Source of the DNA: Octopus vulgaris
Taxonomy: Eukaryota
NCBI GenBank assembly: GCA_951406725.2
Contig: OX597821.1
Location: 70,742,001 to 70,806,000, forward strand
Reading direction: 5' to 3'
Length of the DNA: 64,000 nucleotides
How positions within the stretch are numbered: position 1 is the stretch's first letter; each line of letters opens with the position of its first letter. Below are positions 37,907 to 51,155 of this stretch, in pieces. The position numbers and the translations under genes were made by a program. Below the pieces are notes generated by a model that did not search any database, was not told where the DNA came from, and was given only the letters and a program-made list of their open reading frames with translations.

Positions 37907-39420
37907 TAATGATTATTGTGTTATCGTTTTGTAGGTGTTATCGTTTGTAAACGCCTAGAAAACGACAACAATAATCATTAAGCAAGCAGATATAGGGAGT
38001 GCAATTGTTATAATGGATGCCGAATACTAAAGAGATTTAGTTGAGGACTAATTGAAGGACACGACATTCCACTGTGAAAAACCTTCAAACATCGACCACC
38101 ATATCATGAAAAAAAGTTGATAATCTGATTTCAAAACATTACAGCTCCGTAACCAATTACGAAAGAGATTACAGCAGCAATATCGAACCAAAACTCAGCA
38201 AAGTCTGTGACTTGCCAAAAATACACAAGTCAAAAGAAATTCAACATGCAGTCAAGAAACAGGGAAGCAAGTACATAAAATTACCACATTTGAAGACCTA
38301 AAACTTAGACCTGTTATAGCTGGTCCAGTATGCCCTGTCCACCATCTAAGCAATTCTATTGACATTATTTTAAAAGCATTATGTACCCACATACCTAGTT
38401 TCATCCGGGTTGACATCACTTCCTGCCCTATCTTCACAAAACAACGAAATCGAATTCACTTTTACTTAGCTTTGATGTAGTAAGCTTCTACACCAATATT
38501 CTACATGATTTAGGAATAAAGATGATTGAATCCTGGGTGTAAAACCATAGAGAAATGATTCCTAGTAGATTCACCGTGTCATTTATATAAGACACAGTGA
38601 AACTTATCCTTGAAAATAACATATTCTTGTTCAGGGAACGAGTTTTTCGCCCATTTATGCGAACTCCGTAACGGGATACTTTGAAAAACAACTCTATCAA
38701 AGAATAGAGGAAAGCTATGGCACTGAATTTAGAAAGTGTATTGAAGATGCATGGATGAGATACCTTGATGATTGCTTCATAATCTACACAAAATCTCTAG
38801 TTACTCTGGAAGAATTTAATATCCTCCTGAACAATCTGCACCCAACTCTCAAGTTTGCAAAGGAGATGAGTACTACCAAATTGCCTTTTCTGACGATAAT
38901 TAAAAGTGACACCACCATCACCACAGATATATACTATAAGCATACAGACACGCATCAGTACCGGAAGTTTAAATCGTGCCATCCAACACATACAAACCGC
39001 AATATCCCATACTGCCTAGCCAGAAACATTTGCACCATTGTGGGAGATGTGAATACCAGAGACAAACACCTAATAGCACTCAAAGAATTTCTACCCAAAC
39101 AAAAATACCCATCTCTTCATTTAGAAAATGGCATACAGGGTGCTTTAGAAATACCCATACAATTTAGGGCAAACCCCAAAAAGAGGAAAACAAGAAAAGG
39201 TCATAACATTTATCGTGATACACAATCAGTGTTACCAAAATATCTTTAGCATTGACAAAGCAAACTATTTCGATCATTGTTCAAAGTAATGAATTAAAGG
39301 ATACAATCACAGATCGAGTTATGATTCTAAGTAAAAGACAGCCGAAGAACTTGAAACAATTACTAAAAAAGGGATAAGTATGACCTAAGCAGCAATGACA
39401 AATCATTCATTGTATCTAAA
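37907..39420 (+). mobile_element. Decayed Penelope-like RT fragment with fold-back 5' junction
   Basis: IIIKQADIGSAIVIMD, LPKIHKS, LRPVIAGPVCP, FDVVSFYTNI, WMRYLDDCF, LPFL, DIYYKHTDTHQY..F.SCHP, KRQPKNLKQLL; many stops and frameshifts; no endonuclease seen. Confidence 0.88.
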
Positions 39421-39628
39421 TACATGTCAGTTCATACATAGCGGTCGATATATGAAGAGTACCACTGGTCGATAACTGGTGAAGAATTGTGGACTGTCTG
39501 TCTCCCGTTTGTTTTTACATTCAGGATAAGTTGTCGTCTGTTTATACATTTTTTCATTTATCAAGTAATGGAACACAACACACTGAATTTGTATTAACAA
39601 ATAAGTTTATATATATATATATATATAT

Positions 39629-40291
39629 AATAATATGTTACATTTACTCAATAGTCAAGATAAAACTCTGAGTTTCAGATGCCGAAGTGGAAATCCACAA
39701 CACCATCTCTTCGGTTATCTGGTCATCTGAAAAACTCTATGAAAAAAATACCGTTATATAAAGGGAAATTACTGTGTTATAATTCTGCTCGCGTACCCAC
39801 GTGCGTACTTATACGTCACTATGAAAACGTACACATCTTCACTCGCATTTTTCGCCAAATATATACGCATATATATACAAACTCATACACACACATGCGT
39901 ACCGTAAAAGTTCATACATACGTCTATATACGCACAAGCACAAGAAAAACCATGGTGTGTGTGTATGAGTTTGTATATATATGCGTATATATTTGCGAAA
40001 AATGCGAGTGAAGATGTGTACGTTTTGCTAGTGACGTATAAGTACGCACGTGGGTTCGCGAGCAGAATTATAACACAGTAATTTCCCTTTATATAATGGT
40101 ATTTTTTCATAGCGTTTTTCAGATGGCCAGATAACCGAAGAGATGGTGTCATGGATTTCCACTTCGGTATCTGAAACTCAGAGTTTTATCTTGACTATTG
40201 AGTAAATGTAACATATTATTTTATAGATAAATTTCGTCTATTTACATAATATTGAGGTCTCTTTCTTTCTTTTGTTATCTTACCGTTTTTA

Positions 40292-40295
<4 letters not shown>
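39629..40295 (+). mobile_element. Fold-back HHR element: ~265-bp inverted arms (39629-39894 / 39955-40220) plus ~75-nt tail, in (TA)n
   Basis: Arms are reverse complements with scattered mismatches; HHR AGATAA-CCGAAGA-GATG...(C/T)ATC-T-GAA-ACTC a GAGT-T-TTATCT at 40129-40191 (+) and 39658-39720 (-). Confidence 0.85.
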
Positions 40296-40372
<77 letters not shown>

Positions 40373-40578
40373 GGGAGGTGTATGTACGCATATATGCATA
40401 CACACACATATAAACATATATATATACGTATATACATATGTATGCATGAATGTGTGTATATATGTATATACGTGCATATATGTATATATGTATGTATATA
40501 TATAAGAGTATTGTGTGTGTATATATATACACAGACATAACGGAAGTAAATATATTCAAATTATATATTAGTTATTAT

Positions 40579-40952
40579 ACCAACCACATGGTTCTGGGTT
40601 CAGTCCCACTGCGTGGCACCTTGGGTAAGTGTCTTCTACTATAGCCTCGAGCCGACCAAAGCCTTGTGAGTGGATTTGGTAGACGGAAACTGAAAGAAGC
40701 CTGTCGTATATATGTATATATATATATGTGTGTGTATGTGTTTATGTGTCTGTGTTTGTCCCCCTAGCATTGCTTGACAACCGATGCTGGTGTGTTTATG
40801 TCCCCGTTACTTAGCGGTTCGGCAAAAAGAGACCGATAAAATAAGTACTGGGCTTACAAAAGAATAAGTCCTGGGGTCGATTTGCTCGATTAAAGGCGGT
40901 GCTTCAGCATGGCCGCAGTCAAATGACTGAAACAAGTAAAAGAGTAAAAGAG
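40579..40952 (+). mobile_element. tRNA-derived SINE family B (CORE-like), slightly 5'-truncated
   Basis: GGTTCAGTCCC B-box, gcgtggcaccttgggtaagtgtc, internal (TA/TG) tract, tail ...gactgaaacaagtaaaagagtaaaagag; multiple copies in the window. Confidence 0.88.
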
Positions 40953-40959
40953 TAATAAT

Positions 40960-41500
40960 GTGAATATCAAATATTTAGCAGAGATGCCCTTTGCATTTTT
41001 CAATGCAAGGACCCTATAAGGCATGTTACTGATCAGATGACGAATATTCTGTTGAGGAATTTCTAACCAAGTTTTATGAAGTAATCTCAAATGATCTGGC
41101 TTTGAGGATGTTTTCTGGTTCTTTTTACGAAGTGTCCTGTTCATTATGCTCTAGGGATGTTCAATAGGATTCATACCTGGTCACTGAACTGGCTATGGGA
41201 GTTTAGTGCCATCATTTTCAAACCAATCCTTTTAGCCGTGTGACAAGGAGACCCATCTTCCATAAATAGAGTCTTCTTTAATCATTTCACCATTGGAGAA
41301 GATTGAAAGGTGTCCTTTCTGCAATATGGATGCATATTTATCTGGGTTGATGTTTCCCTCACATTCCACTAGCTCTGATTCACTATTGCTTCAAATTGCT
41401 CCACAGACCATCTGGTCTGCCATGGTTCATTGTTGGCTGCAATGTTTTCATGTCAAATTCTTGATCACAGAGTCTCCAGGCCGATACTCGATCACTTTTT
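40960..41500 (-). pseudogene. Tc1-like transposase 3' fragment
   Basis: Minus strand FMEDGSPCHTAK, P.Q*PGMNPIEH, W.EIPQQNIRHLISNMPYRVLALKNAKG..KY. Confidence 0.75.
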
Positions 41501-42110
41501 CATGCGACTCTATACTGTTTTCCCCCTCATCTTTTTCTCCGCTTCACCGTTTTCTATCTCTCTCTCTCGCTCGCTCTCTCTGTCTCTCCCTTTCTCTTTT
41601 TCTTTCTCTCTCTCATTGCTCACCCGCGACCATCGCCCATCTTTCTTTTCCTCACGTGTTCATCTTTCTTTTCCTTCTGGACTGTCCTAAAGACTGGACG
41701 TATTCTATCTCCCTCTTCCATCTTTTCCCTTTTCAAAGAAAATATTTCGCCAGCATTCGCTATTTTACCCTCGTTCTGGTATAACGACCCTCGGTTTCCT
41801 TGTATTTTTTCCCTGTCCTGTTTCTGTTCCCATCTTTGACCCTCCATGAATCCAAGGTTTTATTTTGGTACTTATGGCAGCGACTGTCTTCGAAGACTGA
41901 TATTGTCGTTCAATGCTCAAAATGAGGAGTAGACAGACAGCTGACCGCTGACGAAGGGTCGTTCTTTATATTACTTGTCCTGTTTTCCATTTGTTTCTCT
42001 CGTTGTTTGCGTATTTCATGTTATTTACTGTTGGTGACCAACCCATTTACTGTACCCATATATGCATATGTATATATGTGTGTGCGCGCACATGCGTGTG
42101 TCTGTGTGTA

Positions 42111-42193
<83 letters not shown>

Positions 42194-42242
42194 ATAATAA
42201 TGTATGTGTATATGATTGTGTGAATTCATTTGTTATAAATCC

Positions 42243-42299
<57 letters not shown>

Positions 42300-42400
42300 A
42301 ATATACGCATGCGCAACTAAAGACTCGTACAATAGGAATAGAAACTGCCAGATCGTTAATAAGGAGAAACACAAAAAAGACAGAAGAAAGCAAAGGACAA

Positions 42401-42436
42401 CTGATGATGTCACAGAAATGTGACGAAAGAACTCTA
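42401..42436 (+). ncRNA. Hammerhead-like motif lacking stem I
   Basis: CTGATGA-T-GTCACA gaaa TGTGAC-GAA-AGA ac TCT-A, within a ~290-bp island between (TA)n tracts. Confidence 0.55.
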
Positions 42437-42590
42437 CCCGAAATACAATTAATATAAAATAAAGCTGAACCAAGTGAACACCAAATATATAGTGCGTGTG
42501 TTTTTATTGGATAAACTGGCAACATGATCCTCCCCAAATACAACAATATCTATTTCAACACGCGAATTCATATCAAGAATCTTGCAAAAC

Positions 42591-42663
<73 letters not shown>

Positions 42664-42667
<4 letters not shown>

Positions 42668-43867
42668 TTTCGCAACTAGGTTCCGCTGTTTTTTTTTAAT
42701 TTTGGAATTTATTGCGTTTTTAAATTTTGGAATCTACGTTTTTCGAGAATTCTATTTTTTAATCATATTGTGTTTTTCTAATTAATTTTAGTTAATTTTT
42801 GTTTATTTTCAGATCATTAAAATAGAATGTCAAGTTAAGAAAACGAGCATTTTCAACACTTCCTTCTTTTTGCTTTTAATCAAAGTTCTAAGGCCGCAAA
42901 AGCTGCTCACGACATTTGTGCTGTGCATGGAGAGGATGCCTTGGATGAAAGAACCGCTTGTGATTGGTATGCCAAGTGCAAAAATGGAAATTTTGACCTC
43001 AAAGACACACCTAGTTCTGGCCGTCCAGTTGAGTTCGATGAAAAGCGATCAAACCAAATCTTACACAAAAATTCTCGTCAAACGACAAAGGAAAATAGAA
43101 TGCTCCCACACTTCTATAGAGAAGCATCTTCACTCGATGGGAAGGTTCAGAAGTATGGAGCATGGGTTCTGCATGCTTTAAGTGACAACAACAAAAATCA
43201 ACGAGCCACAATTTCCGCCGGTTTGCTTTCTAGTCACCGCTCAACTCATGGACACAAGCAACGATTTCTTTACCGAATTGTAACTGGCGATGAAAAATGG
43301 TGCCTGTACATCAATATGAAGCAGCGTAAGGAATGGCCTAGCCCCGGTAACAAGCGACACTGCGCGTGAAACAAGATCTTCATCCGCGTAAATTGATGTT
43401 GTGCGTATGGTGGGACTGGGAAGGGATTATCCATTACGAATTGCTTGAACGAAACCAAACGGTCAACGCGGAACTCAATGTTCAACAGATGGAACGACTC
43501 AAGAGAAAAGACCTAATCATCAGCATGGAGTTTTTCTGTTGCACGTCAACGCCAGCCCTCATATCGCCAATATGACCAAGGAAGCCATCCAAACGCATGG
43601 CTGGGAAGTGCTGCCACACCCGCCGTACTCTCCTGATTTGGCACCAACGGATTTCCACCTCTTTCGATCTCTTTCAAATGCTATGCACGGAATTTCATTC
43701 AATACTGATACAGAATTAAGAAGTTGATTGGATCAATTTTTCGAGTTGAAATTGGGTTGTAAACAACAAGGGTGAATACATTATTGATTAATTAGTTGTT
43801 ATTTTTTAATAAACCTTTAAAAGAACTTAAATTTAAAAAAACGGCGGGAATTTAGTTGCCGACCAAA
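42664..43867 (+). mobile_element. Second mariner transposon, frameshifted, inserted in (TA)n
   Basis: TIRs TTGGTTTCGCAACTAGGTTCCGCTGTTTTT / AAAAACGGCGGGAATTTAGTTGCCGACCAAA; motifs WVLHAL, IVTGDEKW, MLCVWWD, HPPYSPDLAPTDFHLF. Confidence 0.92.
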
Positions 43868-44045
43868 TATATATATATATATATATATAGATAGATAGAT
43901 ATAGATATATATATATATATACATACACATACATAAATATTTATATGTATGCGTGTATGCATGTGTATGTATATATACGTATATATATTTGTCTGTATGT
44001 GTGAATATATGTGTAATATTTGTGTGTGTGTATGTATATGTATAT

Positions 44046-44104
<59 letters not shown>

Positions 44105-45257
44105 TATACACGCATATGAATGTGTACATGCTTATCTATATACATTCGCAGAAAGTTTCAGAAATTAAGACGAAGAATGAAAGTTATGTATGTTAGAACG
44201 AAAAAAGAAAGAAAGAAGGAAAGAAAGACAGGAACGAAGGAAGGAAGGAAGAGAAATGAACGAATGAATGAAGTAAAGGCAGAAAGAATTGGAATAAATG
44301 AAAGAAGTGAAATTTCATTATGTTTACTTCAGTAAATAATCACAATGCGCATGTCTATTTCTATATCTCTATGTGACTTTCTCTTCCTGATAACACCACC
44401 TTCATCCATTTAGTTTTTTTTTATTTTCTTGTTTTACGTATTCAACATGCATCATATCTATACAAAATGGCCGTCCTTCTTACTTCGTCAAAAACCATTT
44501 ATTTGTTTAATTTTCCCTTCCCCTGTATTTCTGTCAATCCATTAACAATCCTAGCTTTTCCACAGTTTTATTAATAGTAACCATTAATATCCAATCATCA
44601 CTTTCCAAACGATCCTTCCATTTGCCCGTTATTCACATCGTATCAGTTATTGTGAAGAATTAAAAGAACTTATAAATTATTCTTGTAGAAGCTATTCAAT
44701 GAAGCTCATACGATATTCTTGAACACACTCTATAACTGATTCTTCTTCAACGAGATTTCCTCAGTTTTGCTTAACAACAGAATTCTATATATTTCTGTAT
44801 GTTCAGCCATATTTAATATTACAACATTTCAATGTGTTTCCAGGATATCCCCCACCCGCCCGCCTCCCCTTTCATCTCTACTTTCCTTGTTTAAGAAGTT
44901 AGTCAAAAGACGAGTAGTAAAATGTCCATGTCTTTTATAAGCCCTTCTGCGTTTATTAAATTGATGTGGTTTCTTTTAAATTTGAATATCTATAGATCGT
45001 GTCTTCGGAGAAAAAAAAAACAAACAAAAACGTCCATAGGCAGAGTAGTTCCAAAGATCTGCGGTTCTGGCAAAGAATGTTTGAGTAAAGAATATAGTTT
45101 AGGATTGGCAGGCGGGAAGGGGTCAGATACAGTGGGGGACAATGGAAGGGAAAGAAACAAATGTATTGGACAATTCTGGATAGAGTCGAAACGAGACAGA
45201 GGTGGATGTCCTAATGTTAGAAAAGTAGAACGAGAAACACACAATCAGCGTTTGTTA

Positions 45258-45675
45258 GTTTTCTTTCTTTCATTTTCTTTTTACTCGTTCCTCACAGCGA
45301 ACAGAGGCCATACTGGGGCACTGCTTTGAAGAGTTATACACGAATAAATCGACACCATTACTTGTTTTTTCTACTCTATCCGTCAATTTTGCCGAACCGC
45401 TATGTTATGAAGGCATAAAGAAATAACCAACACCGGTTATCAAGAGACGGCAAGCACAAGCATGAATCCACACTCACATACACACACTCTTTCACACACA
45501 CATACATACACATACAAACAAGCATACCCACAGTTTACATCGACAAAATTCACTTACAAACCATTGGCTGGCCCAGGACTCTAGTAGATGTCATCCGGTG
45601 TGGCACGCAGCGGAACTGAACCCAGAACCATGTGGCTGGGAAGCAAACGTCTTACCCGTCAGCCACACCAGCGCG
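45258..45675 (-). mobile_element. Diverged SINE family B
   Basis: ttttgccgaaccgcta, acaccggtt, actgaacccagaaccatgtggctgggaagcaa, cagccaca. Confidence 0.75.
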
Positions 45676-46363
45676 ATAGAATTTTATTTCGTGTTTGACA
45701 ATGTGAAATGATTTTGAGTAATTGTGAGAGACATTGGGGAGAAAGTTTGACTGTGGCACAGCCTCCTCAAATTGTGTCACGTTGATTCAATGTTAGAATC
45801 TCGTTACGGATATACTTATATTCGGATCACACTGCGACCACATACTCTAATTTAACAAGCAACTATTTTGAGTTCAAGGCTGGAATCTGCAAAACATTCC
45901 CAAGTTTTTAGTGATCTGTTTCCTACAATCTGACTATTCTTCAGTTTCGATTAACCATAATAGATGCATAAAGATGGATTAGTAACTTGATTTAGGCTCC
46001 GGCTAAATAAATGTCATTAGGATTCTTTTTTAAATTGCCATCTATGTATTATACTTAAAATATACACACTACCGCTAGTCTAGTTACTGCGGTATTTTTC
46101 TAAGGATAACATCTCTTATGGAGTAGCCATGTTAAAAACACAGTAGATATCATAGAGAACCGAAACTTCGTCCCAGTATCGGCCAATAAGTGCGCCAGAT
46201 GTATTTCAGCAAATTTAATTTTGTGGTTAACTGCGAGTATGCACCATTGAAATAGTCCGTAGATGCTGAAACGTAGCTGCTGCTCTCCCTGGCCGCTGCT
46301 GGGACCAACATCCGTCTTTATCTAATGTTTATTGTTTTTAATACAAGTCTTAAAGAGAATTAC

Positions 46364-46561
46364 GGTGATGTACTTGCATAGCAAGTGACCTGATCTGAGA
46401 TCGTGTGCTGGAACAAAAACAATTGCAGCATAGAAGGTGTTTATAAGCCATTTAAGAAACACACAAAATCCGATAGATTCACTTCAACATTTAAATTTAA
46501 TTTGCCAAAATATTTTCGTCGCTTTGAGACAGCGACCTGTCCACTGACAAAATTCCGTGCT
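46364..46561 (-). mobile_element. Solo terminal pLTR of the 26-30 kb PLE family, with G3:C8 HHR (46501-46551)
   Basis: Direct homologue of 26216-26412; minus strand TTTGTCA-GTGGACA-G-GTCGCT gtctcaa AGCGAC-GAA-AATATT-T-TGGCAAA. Confidence 0.88.
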
Positions 46562-46965
46562 CTTAAAGAGAAATCATCTCAGAACAAATAGAAACTGACC
46601 TGTCCACGGTGTATAAACATTAAACATGATACATAGATGAGTGTTTTAATGAAATACTGCCTCCAGTGTGTATACCGGATTTATATAAACATGTCTGTAT
46701 GTTATTTATGTTGCTTTAACTTAAACGTTTCGAACTGTTACATTTGTTTCTTGACTGTTTTCATCTACATACTATTGGCAGAGTCAATTTATTGAGATAA
46801 ACTAATACCTCATACAAGCTTATGTGAAGCGGCGTGTCATTTAGTTTTCAAAATGTCACCTTCATCACCAACTCCCCTTCGTTCTTCACATTATCGATAT
46901 CTCCCGCTTTTCATGTTCTATCGCCTTCTCTCTTTCTTGATCTCTATCTCTCTTTTTCTTAATCT

Positions 46966-47011
<46 letters not shown>

Positions 47012-47160
47012 AATCTCTCTTTCCGTCTCTGTCTTTATTCCAGAGAAGAGCGAGAGAGAGAGAGTCAGAAAGACTGTGAAAGACAGAACATTAATAACTG
47101 ATGCAAGAAGTAAAATTTTAGAGTCCGGTAAGATACGAACATACTGCTATCATATCTCCC

Positions 47161-47195
<35 letters not shown>

Positions 47196-47879
47196 CTCTT
47201 TCTCTTCCGTCCCTCTCTCTCTCTCTTTCTTCACCTGTATTTACATTCTCTCTAGTCTATCATTCCAGAAAGAAAAATATTAAAAGAAAAAGGAAACGAA
47301 GAAAAGATTACTGCAACAACACCCTAACAACTTTCTGTTTTCTTCACCTCGTTTATTAGCAGTCACAGCGATTCCATTTATGTTACGTGTCTCGGAGGAC
47401 CTGCGAGGGGCATAGTTATAGCGTCATCATCCAGATCAAACGAATAACAATGTCATCTTTCAGTTATTTCCTTCGAAGCATTATGAACAATCATTTATAG
47501 CGTTAATTCCAACTGAGTAAAACCACTCAATTCTTTAAATTAGCCAAATTTTGATTATTTTCTTTTTTTTTTTAAATAAAGCTGAAACGATAGAAAGTTA
47601 CCTAATGTTTCCTTGCTGTAGTTATAGAACGTCGTTTATTCTTGCACGTGATTCCAGCCACAGTTTCCCGCGCAAGGGAGACATTTTGATCGATATCTTA
47701 TGCACTAGAATTTGTGCCATCATTTACATTTAAAAAATACTTTACAGACTATTTCCGAATTTCTCAACATTCTTCTAACGAACCGAAACACACACATTTC
47801 AATATTAGCTTTGAATCAATAATATCTTTTTAATTGTTTTATCAGTTTCAGCTCAAAGCTGTGGCCAAGCTCGGGTACC

Positions 47880-48450
47880 GCCGTTTTGCTACATTGTTAT
47901 TTTTAAGAGCCTCCTCTGATATGTGGCATTTGGTGAATAAGGGAGTTTGATGTCGCTACCCTCATTTGCGCCTCCTGATTTGAAGTAGGTTCATCTGGGA
48001 CTCTCGACAGGAAGGGATCCAGTTTTGATTTGAAAACACCTACATCCACTTTATAGAGCGCGCTCAGGCTCTTTGGGAGAATATTAAAAAGCTGTGAGCC
48101 CCTGAAACCCAGGATGCTGCAGAAAATGGTCCTGAAGCGCGATGGCATTGCTGGGATCTTTGGCACTGTGCAGTGGCGACCTGTCCTGGCATTTGTGTAG
48201 CTTTCAATGCCAAAGTTTAGCACAATCCCTTCTAGAAACTTCTAGATGTATATTACTGCATATCTCTCCCGCCTTCGATCCAGAAAGTAGAGTCTTACTG
48301 TTTCAGCCTTACCCAGTAGCTGAGCTGCTGCAATTAGACGACCTTCTTCGTGAAGCTTCACTGGATTGCTTCAAGGTCCGCTGCTAATAATACACTGTGG
48401 GGTAACCATAGCTGGGAGTCGAGACGGCTGAGGACGAATGAAGCTTCATG
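47880..48450 (-). pseudogene. CR1-like LINE 3' fragment
   Basis: LYFLDRRRERY, TGRHCTVPKIP, GSQLFNILPK, FKSKLDPFLSRVPDEP..SNSL. Confidence 0.75.
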
Positions 48451-48889
48451 AATTTTGTTACGTTGTTTAGTATTACCGTTAAAACAACATTACGGTTGGT
48501 TTTGTTAAAAGTGGTAGTATATTACGTTAGAATGCACCTACTGATCTATACGAAGCATGATAATCCAAGGCAATGTGATATACTATTCAATGTTGTTCAT
48601 GTTTTTTGCACATGTGATTAATATGTACGATTTGCCTGTGTGTGTATATGTATGTATATTTGTATATTTTATATGTATATATGTGCTTATGTATATATAT
48701 ATACACACACACACACCCTTATACATACTAATACATACTAATACATACACCAACCCTATACATACACACGTCCAGACCTCTCATACGCACTAATACTCTC
48801 TCATACACACACACACACAGCTCCTTATGTTGGAGCTGGTCACTCAACCCTATTATCTCCCCTAATTTCGCTCTCGCGTCTCATGTTTG

Positions 48890-49125
48890 ATCTTTAACTT
48901 CTGGCCGAAATCAGATCGCCATGTTGATTCGTTAGTTACTGCACGCATTTTTTTTCTCTCCTTCTTTCTGTGTTTTTTTTCTCTCTGTGTATCTTTCTGT
49001 TGAAGAGCGTAGGCTCGAAACGTTAAAGACTTGTTTTATTTATATTTCCTGAGCGCCATACTAATACAATTGTTTGTTTTCCACCTGCCTTCGTCTTTTG
49101 TCTATTTTCATAAAGCTTCCCGTTA
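48890..49125 (+). mobile_element. HHR element related to family H1
   Basis: 48992-49029 TCTTT-CTGTTGA-A-GAGC gtag GCTC-GAAACGT-T-AAAGA, followed by the shared 'ttcctgagcg' motif; ends at (TA)n. Confidence 0.7.
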
Positions 49126-49132
49126 TATTTAT

Positions 49133-49164
<32 letters not shown>

Positions 49165-49334
49165 ATATATATTTATATGTATATATATATATAGGTATTT
49201 TTAGTATTTGTTTTACTATTTATTTTCTTGTTCTTATTCGATAGTATGGGAAACATGTTTTTTATGTATCAATATTATTATTATCATTATTATTATTACA
49301 TTATTATATTATTATAACTTTGTAGTTATGTATA

Positions 49335-49466
49335 TCCTCTGACGAAGCCTTTGGTTATTTAAACAGACAAATATAACCTTTAATACCTAAGACTATGCTA
49401 CAATGGCATATATGAACAATTTAAGGTGGATTGCCTCTTGACCATAGGCTGAAACAGCTGTAAGGA
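49335..49466 (+). ncRNA. Hammerhead ribozyme with long (~105-nt) stem II domain
   Basis: TCCT-CTGACGA-AGCCT t TGGTT...GACCA t AGGCT-GAA-ACAGCTGT-A-AGGA; all core nucleotides canonical, GUA triplet. Confidence 0.75.
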
Positions 49467-49808
49467 GCAGTTTATTTGTATTATTTTTATTGTATTACTG
49501 ATTTGCATATTGATGGATATTGTTTTGTTCGATTTTCATGTTCCTATTTGTATAATTAATAAATAATATGAAATTGGAATATCCGTAAGTTGATGATCGA
49601 AATAAATTTGTTCCTCCATTTTCTTATTTGTATTATGAATTTACTGTAAAATACTTTTTACCTTCACCCATTCAATACAGTAAATGAATTAATTGCATTG
49701 CAATTATAAGCATTTATGTATTTAGTATTTGGGTACTTCACCAGCAGTATATTGGATAACTGATATCCCATAGTGGGTTACCCTCATAACCCCTATCTTA
49801 CTTTGTAC

Positions 49809-49894
<86 letters not shown>

Positions 49895-49922
49895 TATGTG
49901 TGCTTGTATGTATGTATGTATG

Positions 49923-49972
<50 letters not shown>

Positions 49973-50010
49973 ATACATATCTCTGTGTGTGTGTATGTGT
50001 ATGTGTGTGC

Positions 50011-50061
<51 letters not shown>

Positions 50062-50461
50062 TGTTAGCATCACCTTTAAGATACACCCAAGACTTGGACT
50101 CCGTGCTCTATGCCCACTACATAAATTATACTCTCATCACATAACAACAATACGGTACAATTGCTCCACCTCAATTGGTCCCGCTCTCTTTAGCATTAAA
50201 CCCAAACACATTAAAGCATAAAGTTCAAGAAGGCTTTGGACAAATTTCTTCAAAAATTTCCAGATAAACCTCCTACACTAAGATGTCTCCATAAACAATA
50301 ACTCTCTCTTCGAGTGAGCCATGTTGTCCGATTCCTGATTTTAAGGACTTTGCCAGATGGCGCTATTAAGTTAGCCATGAGCCAATTCTGGCCGAAACCT
50401 ATCAAAGTTATGCATATGTGTATATATTTAAACATTGTATTATACATTACATACAATCTTA

Positions 50462-50525
<64 letters not shown>

Positions 50526-50528
<3 letters not shown>

Positions 50529-50938
50529 CTTTACTGCCCACAGGGGACTAAACATAGAAGGGACAAACAAGGACAGACAAACGGATTAAGTCGATTGTAT
50601 CGACCCCAGTGCGTAACTGGTACTTAATTTATCGACTCCGAAAGGATGAAAGGCAGAGTCGACCTCGGCGCAATTTGAACTCAGAACGTAACGGCAGATG
50701 AAATACCTGTTTCTTTACTACCCACAAGGGGCTAAACACAGAGAGGACAAACAAGGACAGACAAACGGATTAAATCGATTATAACGACTCCAGTGCGTAA
50801 CTGGTACTTATTTAATCGACCCCGAAAGGATGAAAGGCAAAGTCGACCTCGGCGGAATTTGAACTCAGAATGTAGCGGCAGACGAAATACCGCTAAGCAT
50901 TTCGCCCGGCGCGCTAACGTTTCTGCCAGCTCGCCGCC
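50526..50938 (-). mobile_element. Tandem pair of SINE family A (full copy 50707-50938 + partial copy 50526-50706)
   Basis: Repeated ttctttact.cccaca.gggg.ctaaac...gtcgacctcggcg.aatttgaactcagaa; head GGCGGCGAGCTGGCAGAAACGTTAG on the minus strand. Confidence 0.9.
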
Positions 50939-50950
50939 TTAGCATATATT

Positions 50951-51068
<118 letters not shown>

Positions 51069-51155
51069 TAGATACATACATATACATATATATATGCATA
51101 CATATAAACAAACATATATATAATATATAATCTACAGAGGCATGCATATTTCTCT

